Below are positions 1-12,505 of a DNA stretch of 64,000 nt, piece by piece. The stretch is from Macrostomum lignano (taxonomy: Eukaryota), in NCBI GenBank assembly GCA_002269645.1, contig NIVC01000001.1:1984001-2048000 (forward strand). The letters run 5' to 3'. The notes below the pieces were generated by a model. That model did not search any database. It saw nothing but the letters and a program-made list of their open reading frames with translations, and was not told where the DNA came from. The stretch's first letter is position 1; each line of letters opens with the position of its first letter. The translations under genes and the position numbers were made by a program.

Positions 1-122
1 AAGACTGAGACTCGCGGTCCGGGCTTTTGGAATCTCACTTTTGAATATCCATGTCATGTAGAGACTCAGGCAGAAGTGAATAGCAATACACCAGTAGCCA
101 TTGTCACCGAACTCGCCCGCAG

Positions 123-2942
123 ATGACAATTCACCAAGGAGGCACCAGGCCCGATCCGCACGAGTTCAGCCTGACCGCGCCAGTCGGCATGCGCACCGAC
201 CTGGCGCTGACGCAGACCCGCGTCCGGCTGGCCGATACCGCCACCAGGCCGTGCCAGCCGGTCAGCCTGCACCGCTACTGGAACAGCTTCCTGCAGCGCA
301 GAGAGACCTACGTTGAGCGTCTGTACGACTGCGTTGAAACTGAGCAGGCAGTTCACCTGCATGAGGCCTGCAATTGCACTATCGAGGGTCTGGTGCCAGT
401 GAACCGGCCGGCACTGATGGGCTCAGAGTATTGCCACGATCTGCTGGGCATCGCGCCGCTGCCCGGCACTCCGCCAGGTTCGAGGAGCCCCCGGTGAGAA
501 GACGTTGATGATTCCGTCGAGGATTCAGTGTTCTTGATGCGCGTTATGAACCAAAGTTCTACAATGTAAAAAATACTCGTACCTATACAGTACGAATAAA
601 AGCAAGATATGGCCCAAATTCAAAGTCCGACTTTTGTTTCAATGATTCCTGCAGTTGGGAATTCTGCACTAAGTAAGAAAGTTTCATTTCAGGATATAAA
701 CTTGAACAACGGAATGGAGCCCGAAGCAGTTGCTCCGGAAAAGACAGCTCAGACGACAAGATCGAGGTTCTTTCCTTGGCCTTCTGGGGATAACAGACAT
801 GAAGTTGAACTCTTTTACGGAAATTTACCCCGAGCTTGATGCAATGTAAATTATATGGCATCCAATCCGAAGTACTCATGGTTGCTAAAACAACAGAAAT
901 TTCTACTGTGACGCATCAATCCGTCTCTATGGTTACAGAGGCGCCAGCTTCCGCCTGCGCGTCATTCACCAGCTTGGCGAAGTGGCCGCAAACCTTTGGA
1001 GCCGGGCCAGCGAGGCCGACCGTCACAGGTTCGCCGGCCGAATCGCCGACTATGTTGGACGACGCTTGGTATCGATGCGTCCGACTCTGTCCGGCCGGCT
1101 GGCCAGAGCCGCCTGCGCGCAGGGCTACACAGCCAAGCTGCACGCCTCCGAGTGCAGGAACGAGTGCCGCCGGACGGACTACTCGGCTAGCATATCGCTG
1201 GCCGAGTGGCCCGACCGCTCCTTCGACGGCCGGGGAAGCCTTAGCCGGCTGCGCAAGCTGGCCGGGTTGATGGGCCAGTATCTCAACCGGGTGGCCGACG
1301 CCAGACCAGCAGCTGCTCTGGCCACATCTTTGAGCAAATCGGGGCTCAACTTGAGCGCCTGTTTAACGGAAGACTCAGTTGCAACTGTCGGAATTGAAGG
1401 TCTGCTGCCGGTCGCGGCCGAGGAGTGTCGCCAGCTGCAGGTTTTCGTTAGCAACACCCTGGTGCAGGTCTGCGCGCTCTTCTAACCAAACCACTCGTAT
1501 TCTCCAGCATGCCAAAGCTTCACCGTATATTTCTATCATTTTGACTAGTTGAAACTTTCAAAATTAAGTCGAATTTACAATGAACTAACATTCTATAGGG
1601 GGGCTTACTTTCAGAAGATGCGCAGCTGTCGCAGAGAGGCGAAGCTTTCGATCAGACGAAAACAACTGTCTTAATTAGGTATAAGATTAAAAAGCAAGGA
1701 CTAATCGAGTAGAGAAGACGGGAAACTGCGTTTCTTGGAGAATTTTCGGAAACAGGTTTTACCGAAAAATGCGTTACGGAGATGGGATATTTTCATTTTA
1801 TCAGCACAAAATTTGTTACTGCTTTTGATAGGAGACAGACCCAATGTTCACCTTTTGATGTGTTGCCTTCTTATAGCTCATTAATATTGTTATGTTAGTT
1901 TTATATCCTAGACGTACCATTGTACATGCCTGCGCCTAAAGATCATAAAAATGTACGGCACAGCTCGACTCATTGCTTTTATGAATCTGTTTTATCATTC
2001 TTAGCTTAATGACTGCGTAACAAAATGTGTAACAGAAGGATGCCCAGGCCGATGAATAATTCTACCAAACAGACACGCAACTCGAAGCCAAGAACCACGG
2101 AGACTTTCTGTGAATTTCTTCCCGCTAATATCGTTTGTTTCATTAGAATTTTAATAACACGGCCGAGTGTCCCCCAGTGCCTGCGGGATCCCGGGGGTCC
2201 CTAGACGTTGCCCAAGCGAAATGCCTGACTTTAGCCTGGCAGGTAGTGTCAATAAATAATAAATAAAAAAAATTAATTACGCCTGCCCCAATTGGGCCAC
2301 GTGTGCAACCGACAGCTCAGCCGCAGCTATTGCGCGGCGCATCTGAAGGCTGCGTACGGCTGTTCAGTCCAAGGACTGGGGGGTCGCCACACACCCTCAA
2401 TTACCCCAGCTAATGCTGGCACCCATTTTACAGCTGGGTGAACTGAAGCAATGCAGAGTTAAGTGTCTTGCTCAAGGACACAAATTGTTGGGGAGTGGGT
2501 CGAGAATCGAGCCCCCGACCTTCAAGTCGTGATTCCTAGGTTTAAAACCCCTCATATATAGGCGAACATATTTTGTAGTTTGTACGAACGATGCACTCAA
2601 TACAAGCCCGCTTAATAACCTCAGGTCCGCGTCTACCCCAAGACTCTGACCTCCGGGCAGCTGCTCGAGGAGCGCAGCTACGAGCTTGAGAAGCTGTTCT
2701 CAGACATTGGCGGCATTCTCGGCCTGTGGATGGGCGCCAGCGTCATCACCATGTTCGAATTCGGCGAGCTGATCGCCCACCTGGCCGCATTCGCCGCCGC
2801 CTACATGGCCAGCTTCAGGCGGCTGCGGGCAGCGGCGGCGGGGTCCGGCCGGGGCGACAACGGCGCCAGCATGCGGGAGGCATCCGCAGCAGCCGAACTC
2901 GGGCGCGAAGTGGTCCAGCTCAGCTTTGAGACGCACCTGTGA
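123..2942 (+). CDS. DEG/ENaC (amiloride-sensitive sodium channel/ASIC/FaNaC family) subunit, 3' part; exons 123-493, 897(or 1029)-1467, 2625-2942; 5' exons lie outside the window
   Basis: Translated motifs: TIHQGGTRPDP..PVGMRTDLAL; ECRNECRRTDYSASISLAEWP; and TM2 region VRVYPKTL..SYELEKLFSDIGGILGLWMGASVITMFEFGEL with the GAS filter. Splice sites: cgcag|123, 493|gtgaga, caacag|897 (alternative cacag|1029, same phase), 1467|gtctgc, cctcag|2625. All phases are compatible. Confidence 0.9.
2250..2555 (-). mobile_element. tRNA-derived SINE with CORE-like central domain, inside the last ENaC intron
   Basis: The minus strand reads a B-box-like ggctcgattctcgacc, then tgtgtccttgagcaagacacttaactctgcattgcttcagttcacccagctgtaaaatgggtgcc, which resembles the CORE-SINE core. 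It ends in a TTTA/ATT-rich tail. Confidence 0.65.
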
Positions 2943-3084
2943 CCGGGGACTACTAAAGTAATATACGGCCTGGTAGTTATTGAGCTTGAGCTGTGACTCG
3001 CTCTGCGCAAAAATGTTGCAAGTACGAGCGTACGCAAACCTGAAGTATTTTGCTTCTAATCCAATACGCTTAATGCGTTAGTTT

Positions 3085-3525
3085 AGCAATCCATTCTACT
3101 CCTGCATCCTTGTGGGCCAGATTAGCAATCCATTCTATTCCTGCATCCTTGTGGGCTAGATTAGCAATCCATTCTATTCGTGCATCCTTGTGGGCTAGAT
3201 TAGCAATCCATTCTATTCCTGCATCCTTGTGGGCTAGATTAGCAATCCATTCTATTCCTGCATCCTTGTGGGCTAGATTAGCAATCCATTCTATTCCTGC
3301 ATCCTTGTGGGCTAGATTATCAATCCGTTCTATTCCTGCATCCTTGTGGGCTAGATTAGCAATCTATTCTACTCCTGCATCCTTGTGGGCTAGATTAGCA
3401 ATCTATTCTATTCCTGCATCCTTGTGGGCTAGATTAGCAATCCATTCTATTCCTGCATCCTTGTGGGCTAGATTAGCAATCCATTCTATTCCTGCATCCT
3501 TGTGGGCTAGATTAGCAATCCAATC
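3085..3525. repeat. 39-bp minisatellite, about 11 copies (gggctagattagcaatccattctattcctgcatccttgt)
   Basis: Direct tandem units are visible; the ORF track shows a 13-aa period. Confidence 0.95.
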
Positions 3526-4730
3526 CAAGACACAATTAATGGATATGCACATTAGCTGATACAATCTTCCCGAAGCCGGTTCCGTGCCCCCAGCAACTGT
3601 TTGCCAGTTTCAGGGCAGCCCCAAAAGAGCAAACGAATGAAGGAGACGAAGCCATAAAAGATTCCTCTTTAGGGGGCGCCGCGTTATCATTAGTAAAAAG
3701 CAGACCTAAGCCTCGGAAGCTCAGAAATGCTAATTAACTGAATGGCTGCAACAAGTCTGATAAGCAAATCTTTCCTCCGATCATGCTGCTTTCATTTTTG
3801 ACTTTTTGTTTAAAAGAGACATTGCAGTGTGTCTTCTTTTACTAAAAGTAGCATAATTATAGCAAGTTCTTTTAGACTTAGAAATCACTTTGAAAGTATT
3901 TTAATTACTGCTTTCTAATTAAATTTTCAGCCCTTAGCTTTGAGAAATAATACACCTAATCGCAAAAACGTAGGATTAAAGAAAACCAATCCATGTATTT
4001 GTTGACTAACAGGTCACCTTACTGTATGCGCGTGCAAGTTAATACCAGAGTTAATTCACGTCGCAAACATTGTACTGTTTGCCAGTTTTGACTGTTGACC
4101 AAACTGTTTGCAAGATTCAAATAAATTTGCTGTTTAATACCCACACAAAAAGCCACCGAAACCCCAATTTTCTGGCACTAATAAAACATTGAATACAACA
4201 AATGTCAGCGGATCTACTTAAACTAATAGCATGAGCAAAAACTATTATCTTACATATTGGTACATGCAAATAGTATAATTGTTGACAGGGTATATTGCAC
4301 TGTGTTTAGCTGTTAATTTGCTTCAAACATAAATCGATACTGAAAATTCATTCGTGCTACCACGCCTCGTATGCCTATGGTCTGAGACCGAAACTAAAGT
4401 GATTGTTGTAAGATTTATTTTTACCCATTTTGTCTATAGTTCGACCATAGACAAAATGCCCCTCCCGGCCACCCACTGATAATTGCAGACATGTTTCGGC
4501 CCGAGAAATCTGGGCATCATACGGAAAGTGAACTTTTACCATAGACAAATCGCTCGAGAAATTCTATCTGGAAAAAACACTAAGCATTCATACATACGTT
4601 ATGAGCTTGAGAAGCATACAAATCAATCTAAGACAAAACACATTGTTGCCTCATTTGCAATTCAGAAGCTCAGAAGGTGACGCATTGTCGATTTTCCTCC
4701 TTGCCAATTGTCTCTCATCTATTGATCTTG

Positions 4731-6417
4731 CTAGGAGCTGCTGGCCAGCCGCAGAGACACGGCAAAGAAAGCCAAACAGGCGATGGACACGAACTGGCAG
4801 GCCGCGTTGGCGAGGCCGCCGTACATGTAGCAGGCCTGGCCGAAGCACTCAGGCTCTGCGGGTGTCGGTGCTGCACTGGAGTTGGCCGCTGCGGAGAATA
4901 GACGGAGAGTCGGCATGGTAAAAGCATTAAGGAAGGTTGTTCCAAGTCGTTCAGGTTAGTTAAACATGACAGGTTAAACTAACCTGAGCAGACGAACAGC
5001 AGACGATCATTCAGTACTATGCTACTGTATATTGTACACCTCCCTCCAACCTGGTCTCACCTGGAGTCCATTGCGCGTGACTGTCGTACAGGGCGCCAAA
5101 CTGTAGCATTAGAGGCAGCGCCACCAAGAAACCGAGCAGCACACAGAGAGAGAAAAGTCGGCCAAACAGATATCGCTGCTGAGTCTGCGAAATAATTACG
5201 GGTGCCAGGGTGTACAAGGTAGCAGCGACCAGTGCTGCCAGAGTGAACGCCGTCATTGTGACGCCGAGCGGTGAGGCGCCAGGTGCCAGCGGAGTGCACA
5301 GCATCAGCACCGATGGAGCTCCAAAGCCGAAAACGCCGGCCAGAAGAACAAGTGCTCGCTGACTCGCTCGGGGCAGGTAGTGGTCCGTCAGAGGTCCAAT
5401 GAGGCAGCGCCAGGCAACAGACACGAGGCAGGGAATCCAGAAGTAGTAGACATCGTACTGGGTGAGCGAAAGGCTTCGAGTGACGCTAGTCATGTTGAGG
5501 AAGATTGAAAGGTTCGCTCCGATCGTCAGGCCGAGGCCCAACAGGAGAGGCAGGAAACTTTGGGAGCAGCTGACTTTGAGAAATTCTCCTGACTGCGCCA
5601 AAAAGTCATCGTCGGGACTGCTCTGCTGACGAATCTCGTTGGCCTCGCGCCCCGCAGCTGCCGATGATGGCGCAGTTGCGTTCGATTCGTCGAATTCGTC
5701 ATCGTCTGATGAAGTAGTTTCAGCGTAGGACTGCTGCTGCTGTCCACTCAGAATGGGTATCGATTCCGACAGGCCGTCCGCGTCCATCAGACTCTGAACC
5801 GGCGTCATAAAGAAATACGCAAATGTGTGGGCAGCCATTGTGAAAACGAGTAGCACAATCAGAGTGCCAACTGGACTTTGTTCGGCGACACTGCGGTGCA
5901 TGTTCGCGAAGACCACGTAGTAGATGAAGGCTACAATAGGCGGGCCGATGTTGTAGCAGGTATCCAGCAGAGTCATGATGTAGCCCCGTCGGCTGGGCTG
6001 GAAGCTGCTCATGCAACAGCCGATCGCTGCCACGTAACTGTAGTTGAAGCTGTGGCCATACAGGAAGAGCAGAATGTACAGCAGCCACAAGTTGTGCCTC
6101 AGCGGCTCGGGGTGCGCCATGGCGACTGCCAGGAATAAAGTAGCTAGCGAGGAGAAGACGCCGCTAAAAGCAACTGACGTTCTGGCACCGTAGCGATCGT
6201 AGAAGAGACCACTGAGCAAGATGAGCACCGTCCCGATGTACATCGACGTGATACTGAAGTCAAGCTGACGCTGGTTGAGTCCATAGCTCATCTTCATGAA
6301 GTTGGCAAATATGGGGCCCGACAGAGACTGGCCAGCGATGAGTTTTATCAAGCAGGCGCTGATCAGCAGGAGCCACTCGCGCTGCTCAATATTTAAACTC
6401 TGCGTCAACTGCTTCAT
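4731..6417 (-). CDS. Nodulin-like MFS transporter (plant NFD4/fungal Mch1-like), copy 1; exons 6417-5061 and 4888-4731; about 504 aa
   Basis: Many hydrophobic TM segments. MFS motif A-like GLFYDRYGAR and a second-half GPLTDHYLP. The C-terminal ECFGQACY lies in exon 2. Donor 5061|gtgaga and acceptor tccgcag|4888 are both phase 1. Confidence 0.85.
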
Positions 6418-7354
6418 ATTTGCTCCTGCGGCTGTCAGTCTGCTCTCTACAATTCAGGAATTTGTGCGCTGCTATTTGAATGTTTCCAGATACTGTACAC
6501 TGAGCGCGCTCATCTGGCAGAAATTTGTCTCGAGCAATTCCATTCTCTTTCTCTGTTTTCTTACCCTATTCTACTGTGCGCCAGCCAAGCAGCTGTTGCC
6601 CTCCTCAAGTCTACAGAGTGTGTGCCGTGCAGTGCTCGGCATTCTAATGGAGGGCCGGCAGAGCTAATTTTATTATTCTCTCTCTGCTTCTTCCTTCTCT
6701 TCTAGAAGAACGAACTCACAATCGTTCAACTCTGTTGCCCTCAGCGCACTTCCGGTTGGCCCGAGTGTGCGTTCGGAAGAACCGGGACGAAGACTTCTGT
6801 TCTGTTCTAAGAATTTTAGCAGTTCCCTTTGTGTTTCGGAGTGCCAGCTAGTATGGGTAAAGAAGCAAAGAATATCTGTCCCTGACACGCCGGCCCATTT
6901 TGGTCCGCTAAATTCTTGGCGAGGGAGGCAATTCTTTTTTTTCATTTCCTTGCTTTTTTATTTGCCTCATTGAACTGACTAGCAAAAGTACATTGACTGT
7001 ATTAGTAGGTGAACCTGTTTGCAAAAATCTAACTCATAATTGGAGAAAGCATGTCTGATTTATAATTTATGATTTATTTAAAAGTCCTTTTAACTTGTCA
7101 GAGCAGACTCGTAAGTTATTACTCGTTTAAGTAATGGAATATTTTAAACGACTGTCGGCCAGACAAGGTCACGTGTTTTTCTATTTTCTGTCAAATTTAA
7201 CTGTGTTATTCAGATTGGTGAAAATTTAGTTTGGCTTTCGCCCTTGATGATTTCAAGGCAGGGGTCGGCAAAGTTTTTTTCACCTTAAGGGTCAGATAGA
7301 GAATCTAGAGACTGACTGCGGACCAGAAGAGGGGACATTGGAGATGTTCAGAAG

Positions 7355-7670
7355 GAATAGAGAAGAGAAGAGAGGAGAGGAGAGGAGAGGAGAGGAGAGG
7401 AGAGGAGGGAGAGGAGAGGAGAGGAGAAGTGAGGAGAGGAGAGGAGAAGTGAGGAGAGGAGAGGGGAGGGGAGGGGAGGAGAGGAGAGGAGAGGAGAGGA
7501 GAGGAGAGGAGAGGAGAGGGGAGGAGAGGAGAGGAGAGGGGAGGAGAGGAGAGGAGAGGAGAGGAGAGGAGAGGAGAGGAGAGGAGAGGAGAGGAGAGGA
7601 GAGGAGAAGGGAGGAGAGGAGAGGAGAGGAGAGGAGAAGTGAGGAGAGGAGAGGAGAGAAAAAGAGAAGA
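7355..7670. repeat. (GAGGA)n purine pentamer microsatellite
   Basis: Directly visible. Confidence 0.95.
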
Positions 7671-7874
7671 GATTATTAGAGGGAAGAGAGCTGAGAAGAG
7701 ACACAAACCTTGAGCGGACGGGATTGCTATTGGGAAGTTTCAAATGACGCGGCTTTGCAACTTCGCGGGCCGCATGTAGCCCATTTCAAAAAAGAGTGAG
7801 TTTGGGCACGCTAGCACTAATCACTGTCTGTGTGTACTGTACGCTCGTACTCACGCATTCACGCAGACTCTCAA

Positions 7875-10040
7875 TTATCGGCAGGCCGTTTGGTGTAGTA
7901 CGTGAAACAGGCCTGCAATGGAAATTGCGACACCCCCGTACACGCAGCAGGCCTGACCAATGCACTCCAGCTCCTTGGGCGCCGTTGAGCCCGTTGAGTT
8001 GGCGGCAGTGTCGACTTAAAAAGAGGCAAGAAAGTTTTGTTATCGAAATATTGTTTCAAAGATTTGCTCTTCAATTTGTCAATAATCGTATTCACTCTTA
8101 AAATTCAACGATCACTGACTGGCTCTTCGTTCCTTCACGCCAGAGAATCCCCTATAAAATAGTTTCTTAACATCTGCGCCGCGTGAAAGTGGATGTTAGA
8201 GGGGTATTGTTGTTAAGGTCACTTTCACAAGCTCAAATTTTCACATCGTCTAACTCGCTTAAAACTTTCGAAACTTTCGAACTTATAAAATTTCGAGCTA
8301 GTGAAGTTTTGAACGGGGACCGTAGCCCAGTGGTCTAGCGGCCAAGGCTCGATTCCAAGTGCAGTCGCATTAATTTTGGGACTACTGTAAATTGGAATCT
8401 CGGCTTGGCTCTGCTGGTGCAATTAACGGCCTTGAGAGCCAACCTCCCAAGGCACAGTGAAGTGTACATGCCTAACGAAGAATAAAGTTAGGACCGCTGT
8501 ACACTCCTGTGTGAGTGTGACTGTGCATTTAACTGCGTACGTATACGCGCGCTTGTGTGCCTGCTCAGGGGAGTCGGTGGAATGGGCAGCAATGCCTCTC
8601 GCCGGTTGTGTGACAATGTCGCTTAAAGTGCGCCAGGGTGCACACAACCCCCCTGCCTCTAATAATAAAATACAATGAAGTTTTGATCCTGTGAACTTTT
8701 GAGCTTGTGAAAGATTTTACCGGACTATCTGTGTAGTGTCTGGACAGTTTGATTAAATACAGTAGGATTATCATCTTGTGGCTCACTGTAAATCCAATGC
8801 GCATGGCTATCGTAGAGCGCACCGAACTGCAGCATCAGCAACAGGGTGACAAAACAGCTGAACAGCAAACAGGCAGAGTAGAGACGGCCAAACAGGTGAA
8901 CAGGCTCAGTCTGCGAGATGATCACGAGAAGCAACAGATACAATATTGCGCCTACAGAATTTGCTAGGGCATAAGCCGACATTGTGACGCCCAGCAGCGA
9001 CACGCCGGGCGCCAACGGCAGGCAGAGCAACAGCACCAGCGGGGCACCAAAGCAGATGATGCAGGCCAGTAGGATGACGGACCGCTGGCTGGCGTGCGGC
9101 ATGTAGCGGTCGGTCAGCGGGCCGATGAAAAGGCGCAAAACGATGGCGGAGATATTTCCAATCCAGAAGTAATACACATCGTATGCTGTCAGCGATAGAC
9201 TTCGAGTGATGGTTGTCAAGTTGAGGAAGCTCGTCATGTACGGCCCTATCGACAGAGCAATGCCAAACAGTAGGGACAGGAAGCGAGTGGACCAGCAGAT
9301 GCTTAGAAATTCCCGCGTTTGAGTCAGGTAATCATTTTTAGCCAAGTTTGCTTTTGATGGCTGCTCACCATCAGTTTTATCGTTGTCTGTAGGCGATTCT
9401 GTGCTCCATTCCGCCTGTCCCCCAAGGACAGGCGTCGTTTCAGACGGGCCCTCTGCATCCAGCCGATGATCGATTGGGGCCAAGAAAAAATAGGAAAGAA
9501 TGTGAACCGACAGAGTAAGCACTAGGAGCACAGCTAGAGTGCCTACTGGGCTTTGGTTTCTGACACTGCGATGCATGTTGTCAAAGACGACGTAGTAGAC
9601 AAAGGCTACAGTCAGCGGGCCCAGACTAAAAAAGTTGTCCAACATCATCATTATGAACCCTCGTTGGCTCGGTGAGAAGCTGCTCATGCAGCAGCTTACA
9701 GCAGCCACAACGCTGTAGTTGAAGCTGTTGCCGTACAGCAACAGCCAGGATGCACAGCAGCCACACGCGTTCTCGCAGTGGCTCAGGGTGCGCCATGGCC
9801 ATGGCCACGCAGGAAGTGGTCAGCGAGGAGAAAATGCCGCCAAAAGCGACCGATGCCCTTGCACCAAAGCGATCATAGAGTAGTCCACTGAACATAATGA
9901 ATATGTCTCCTAAAAATATGGACGCGATGCTGAATTCGAGCTGGCGCTGGTTGAATCCATAGCTCCATTTCATGAAGTTGGCGTAGACGGCGACAGAAAA
10001 GGACTGGCCAGAGAGAAGTTTGATTAGACAGGCCGACCAG
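7875..10040 (-). pseudogene. Nodulin-like MFS transporter copy 2 with a 1-nt frameshift at about 9745 (pseudogene or sequencing error); exons about 10040-8787 and 8014-7875
   Basis: Collinear with copy 1 (SACLIKLLSGQSFSVAVYANFMKWSYG vs SACLIKLIAGQSLSGPIFANFMKMSYG). It has the same phase-1 intron (8787|gtgagc, tttttaag|8014) and a last exon ELECIGQACCVYGG. An extra G in atc ctg g ctg ttg ctg tac splits it into ORFs 9626-9973 and 8725-9741. Confidence 0.8.
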
Positions 10041-10423
10041 CTGCTTTTTAACTAGCTAATGTACGCATACGTACGTACATTCTCGCTTCAATAACTCCAT
10101 TTCAGAGAATATATCCGTTCGATTCTTTACAACTACCAAACTTATCTTGAATGCAGTTTGTAGAGTAGTATGTTTAAAAACACAATAAACCCTGGTTCTC
10201 GAGAGTCCCATAGCTTAGAAAGAGTTTAAATTTCACTGGTAAAAATGTTATATACTGACGTATTCTTTTTCTTATCTTTAGAGAGCACGCACAGAAGCGC
10301 TTGACCAAGTGCTTGGCTAATAAGTAGTAGTTTACGAGTTTATATTCAATAGCTAGGTAATCATATCCATTTATAGACAGACAGATTATTAGAGCATCAT
10401 TAAAAAGCACAAACGGGCTCAGT

Positions 10424-10700
10424 CAGGATGTTGCCATGGATTTTATGGTGGGGGGGACAAAGCCAAGAGTTCTACACGTACATGACTAAATTCCTATATA
10501 TACATTATTTTGAGAATCGGTGTTGTTAGCACTCATTTTGGCGCCGCAGGCACTCCTTTTGGCGCGCAGGCACTCATTTTGGCGCCACAAACCATCATTT
10601 TAGCGTCACACGCACATTTTGGGGCCGCAGACACTAATTTTGGCGCCAAAGGTTTCCACAACGGGTCACACCCCTCCCCCCCCCCAATGGCGACGCCTAG
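10424..10700. mobile_element. Possible MITE with degenerate CAGG..CGCCA termini and internal ~22-bp ttttggcgcc repeats
   Basis: Left end caggatgttgccatgg vs reverse complement of right end taggcgtcgccattgg; about 6 internal ttttggcgcc-type units. Confidence 0.3.
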
Positions 10701-12505
10701 GAGCTGTCTTTTTAACTGCTCAAGCCCAGGAGCAGAAATATACTGAGCAATGAGGACTATACTAAGAAAGTACCTGCTAAGCTTTAGAGTTAAGAGCTTC
10801 GATCGTGAGCAGTTTGGGGGGAAGGAATAATGAGAGCAGGGGAAAGGCGAGAAAGCCTTAGCGAGGTTGATCGAACTGTTGGACTTTGCTTTGGGAAGGG
10901 TTTAGCAAACTTTCTTGAGCTCCTGCGCACTGTCTCTGGCTGTACGAGCGTACACCCAGTAAGAGCAGAGCGGGGTTGGCTGCCTACCTGGGCTGGAGCT
11001 GGCCAAAGAAGAGTAGATGAGGATCGGGGGAAGCTGTGTGCCTTGAGCCTAACTATCTGGAGTTCTCGGAGCCTAATCGGTTGCAAGGGCAAACGGACAG
11101 AGGTGACTTGACCTTCAACTGGAGCTCTCTTGGCAGCGCCCATCAACAACAATCACAGGATAATAATAGCCCAGCTATTCTTAACCTCTTTCACCGCTCA
11201 CCTGATTTCTTTTTTCTCTTTCCCCGAGTCTCCAGGCGGTCTGACTCCTGTGCCCTCCATCTCCAGTTTAATTGTTGGCGGCCGGCACAGTGAATAGCAT
11301 TTTCAGCGTCTGCATAAAAATCGACTCTGAAGAAAAGAGAAAAAGAGGGTATAGGAGGGAGAGAAAAACCTCATTGAGACTTGAAACCGGAGGCGGGCTC
11401 GCCATCAGTGAAGCGGCTCTGACGGCCTCCTCCCTGCAGCTCCTTCCCCTTTCCTTTCTTTCTACCCTTGTCCTGCACACAACTCACTGCTTTGAAGACT
11501 CTTTTATTGCTAAGAAACTGGAAGATACGCTCGTATATAATGGTCCTTCGCAAAAGAGGCATAAGAGACCAGAGCTGAGCTGGGATGCTTGCTCACCCAG
11601 CCACTTGTCAAAGAAGCGCCTCTTAACTGCGTCCTGTATAAGCAAGCAATAGGTCAGATTCCGCTTCCACCATCAAGGTAAGTCTGAACAGGTTTTCCTA
11701 GAATGTGAGAAATCAATATTTGAAAATCTGAAGAATGAAATAAACCCCTTCATTGTTTATTGTCTTGACCTCATTCGTGTGGCCAGCATTATACTCAAAG
11801 TTTTTCATGTTCAAGTAGTTCTTGTCTCGATTACCCATGGTTTGAAAAGCCCTTGCCTTCTCCCTCTACTGGCTTCGGGACAAAGACCTTCGGAACGGGA
11901 CAAGGAGTGCTAAATTAAAAGAATGGCAATATTCACTGCCCCCAGAATCCCAGATCGAATACAATCATTGATTATGTGATTTAAAAAAATTTTTCCGTAT
12001 CTCCGCAGTGTATTTTTTCCAGGAAATAGGCCTCCAAATACTACCCAAATTTTGAGTTTTTACGTCCTGCTATACTACAGAGGTCCTTGGTTCAGAAATA
12101 TGCTAGCATCCTTGGTGGTAGCTAATAGGCGTTCTAGATAGCGCTTCAGGATTAGCGTTGTACACATGTCCTGCCCGAGCTCTCTAAACATGTACATAAA
12201 AGTGATAAAGACTTTATCTTGCCGTCTTTGTCTTCGTTCATCACTTGAAATATTTTCGTCCTGAAACAGTTTTCACTCTTCAGATTGACCTTTCTCTTAA
12301 GTGAGCTGGGCTGCTCACACGCATTGAATTTGATCTATGGATGCACAGAAGGGACGATGAAAAGGTGGAAAAAGTGTATCTCATAATATCTGCTTTTGGG
12401 ACATATTGCGCAATATACTGCGTGTTTGTCATAAAAGCATGCAAAAGCATTAACTGTAACCTGTGCTACCTTTGCCAGACTGTCTGCTGCCAGCCATGAC
12501 AAGCG

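Noticed and set aside
609-839. 76-aa ORF inside ENaC intron
   Set aside because: AT-richer sequence lacking the codon bias of the flanking exons; it lies within a well-supported GT-AG intron.
7305-7743. SSPLL and GEERR ORFs
   Set aside because: Translations of the (GAGGA)n microsatellite.
8313-8370. tRNA-like sequence with A-box TAGCCCAGTGG and B-box GGCTCGATTCC
   Set aside because: The boxes are only about 12 nt apart, so there is no anticodon arm or cloverleaf. At most a truncated SINE head, not a tRNA gene.
12180-12310. Minus-strand IFQVMNEDKDGKI, EF-hand-like peptide
   Set aside because: An isolated imperfect match with no supporting exon structure.
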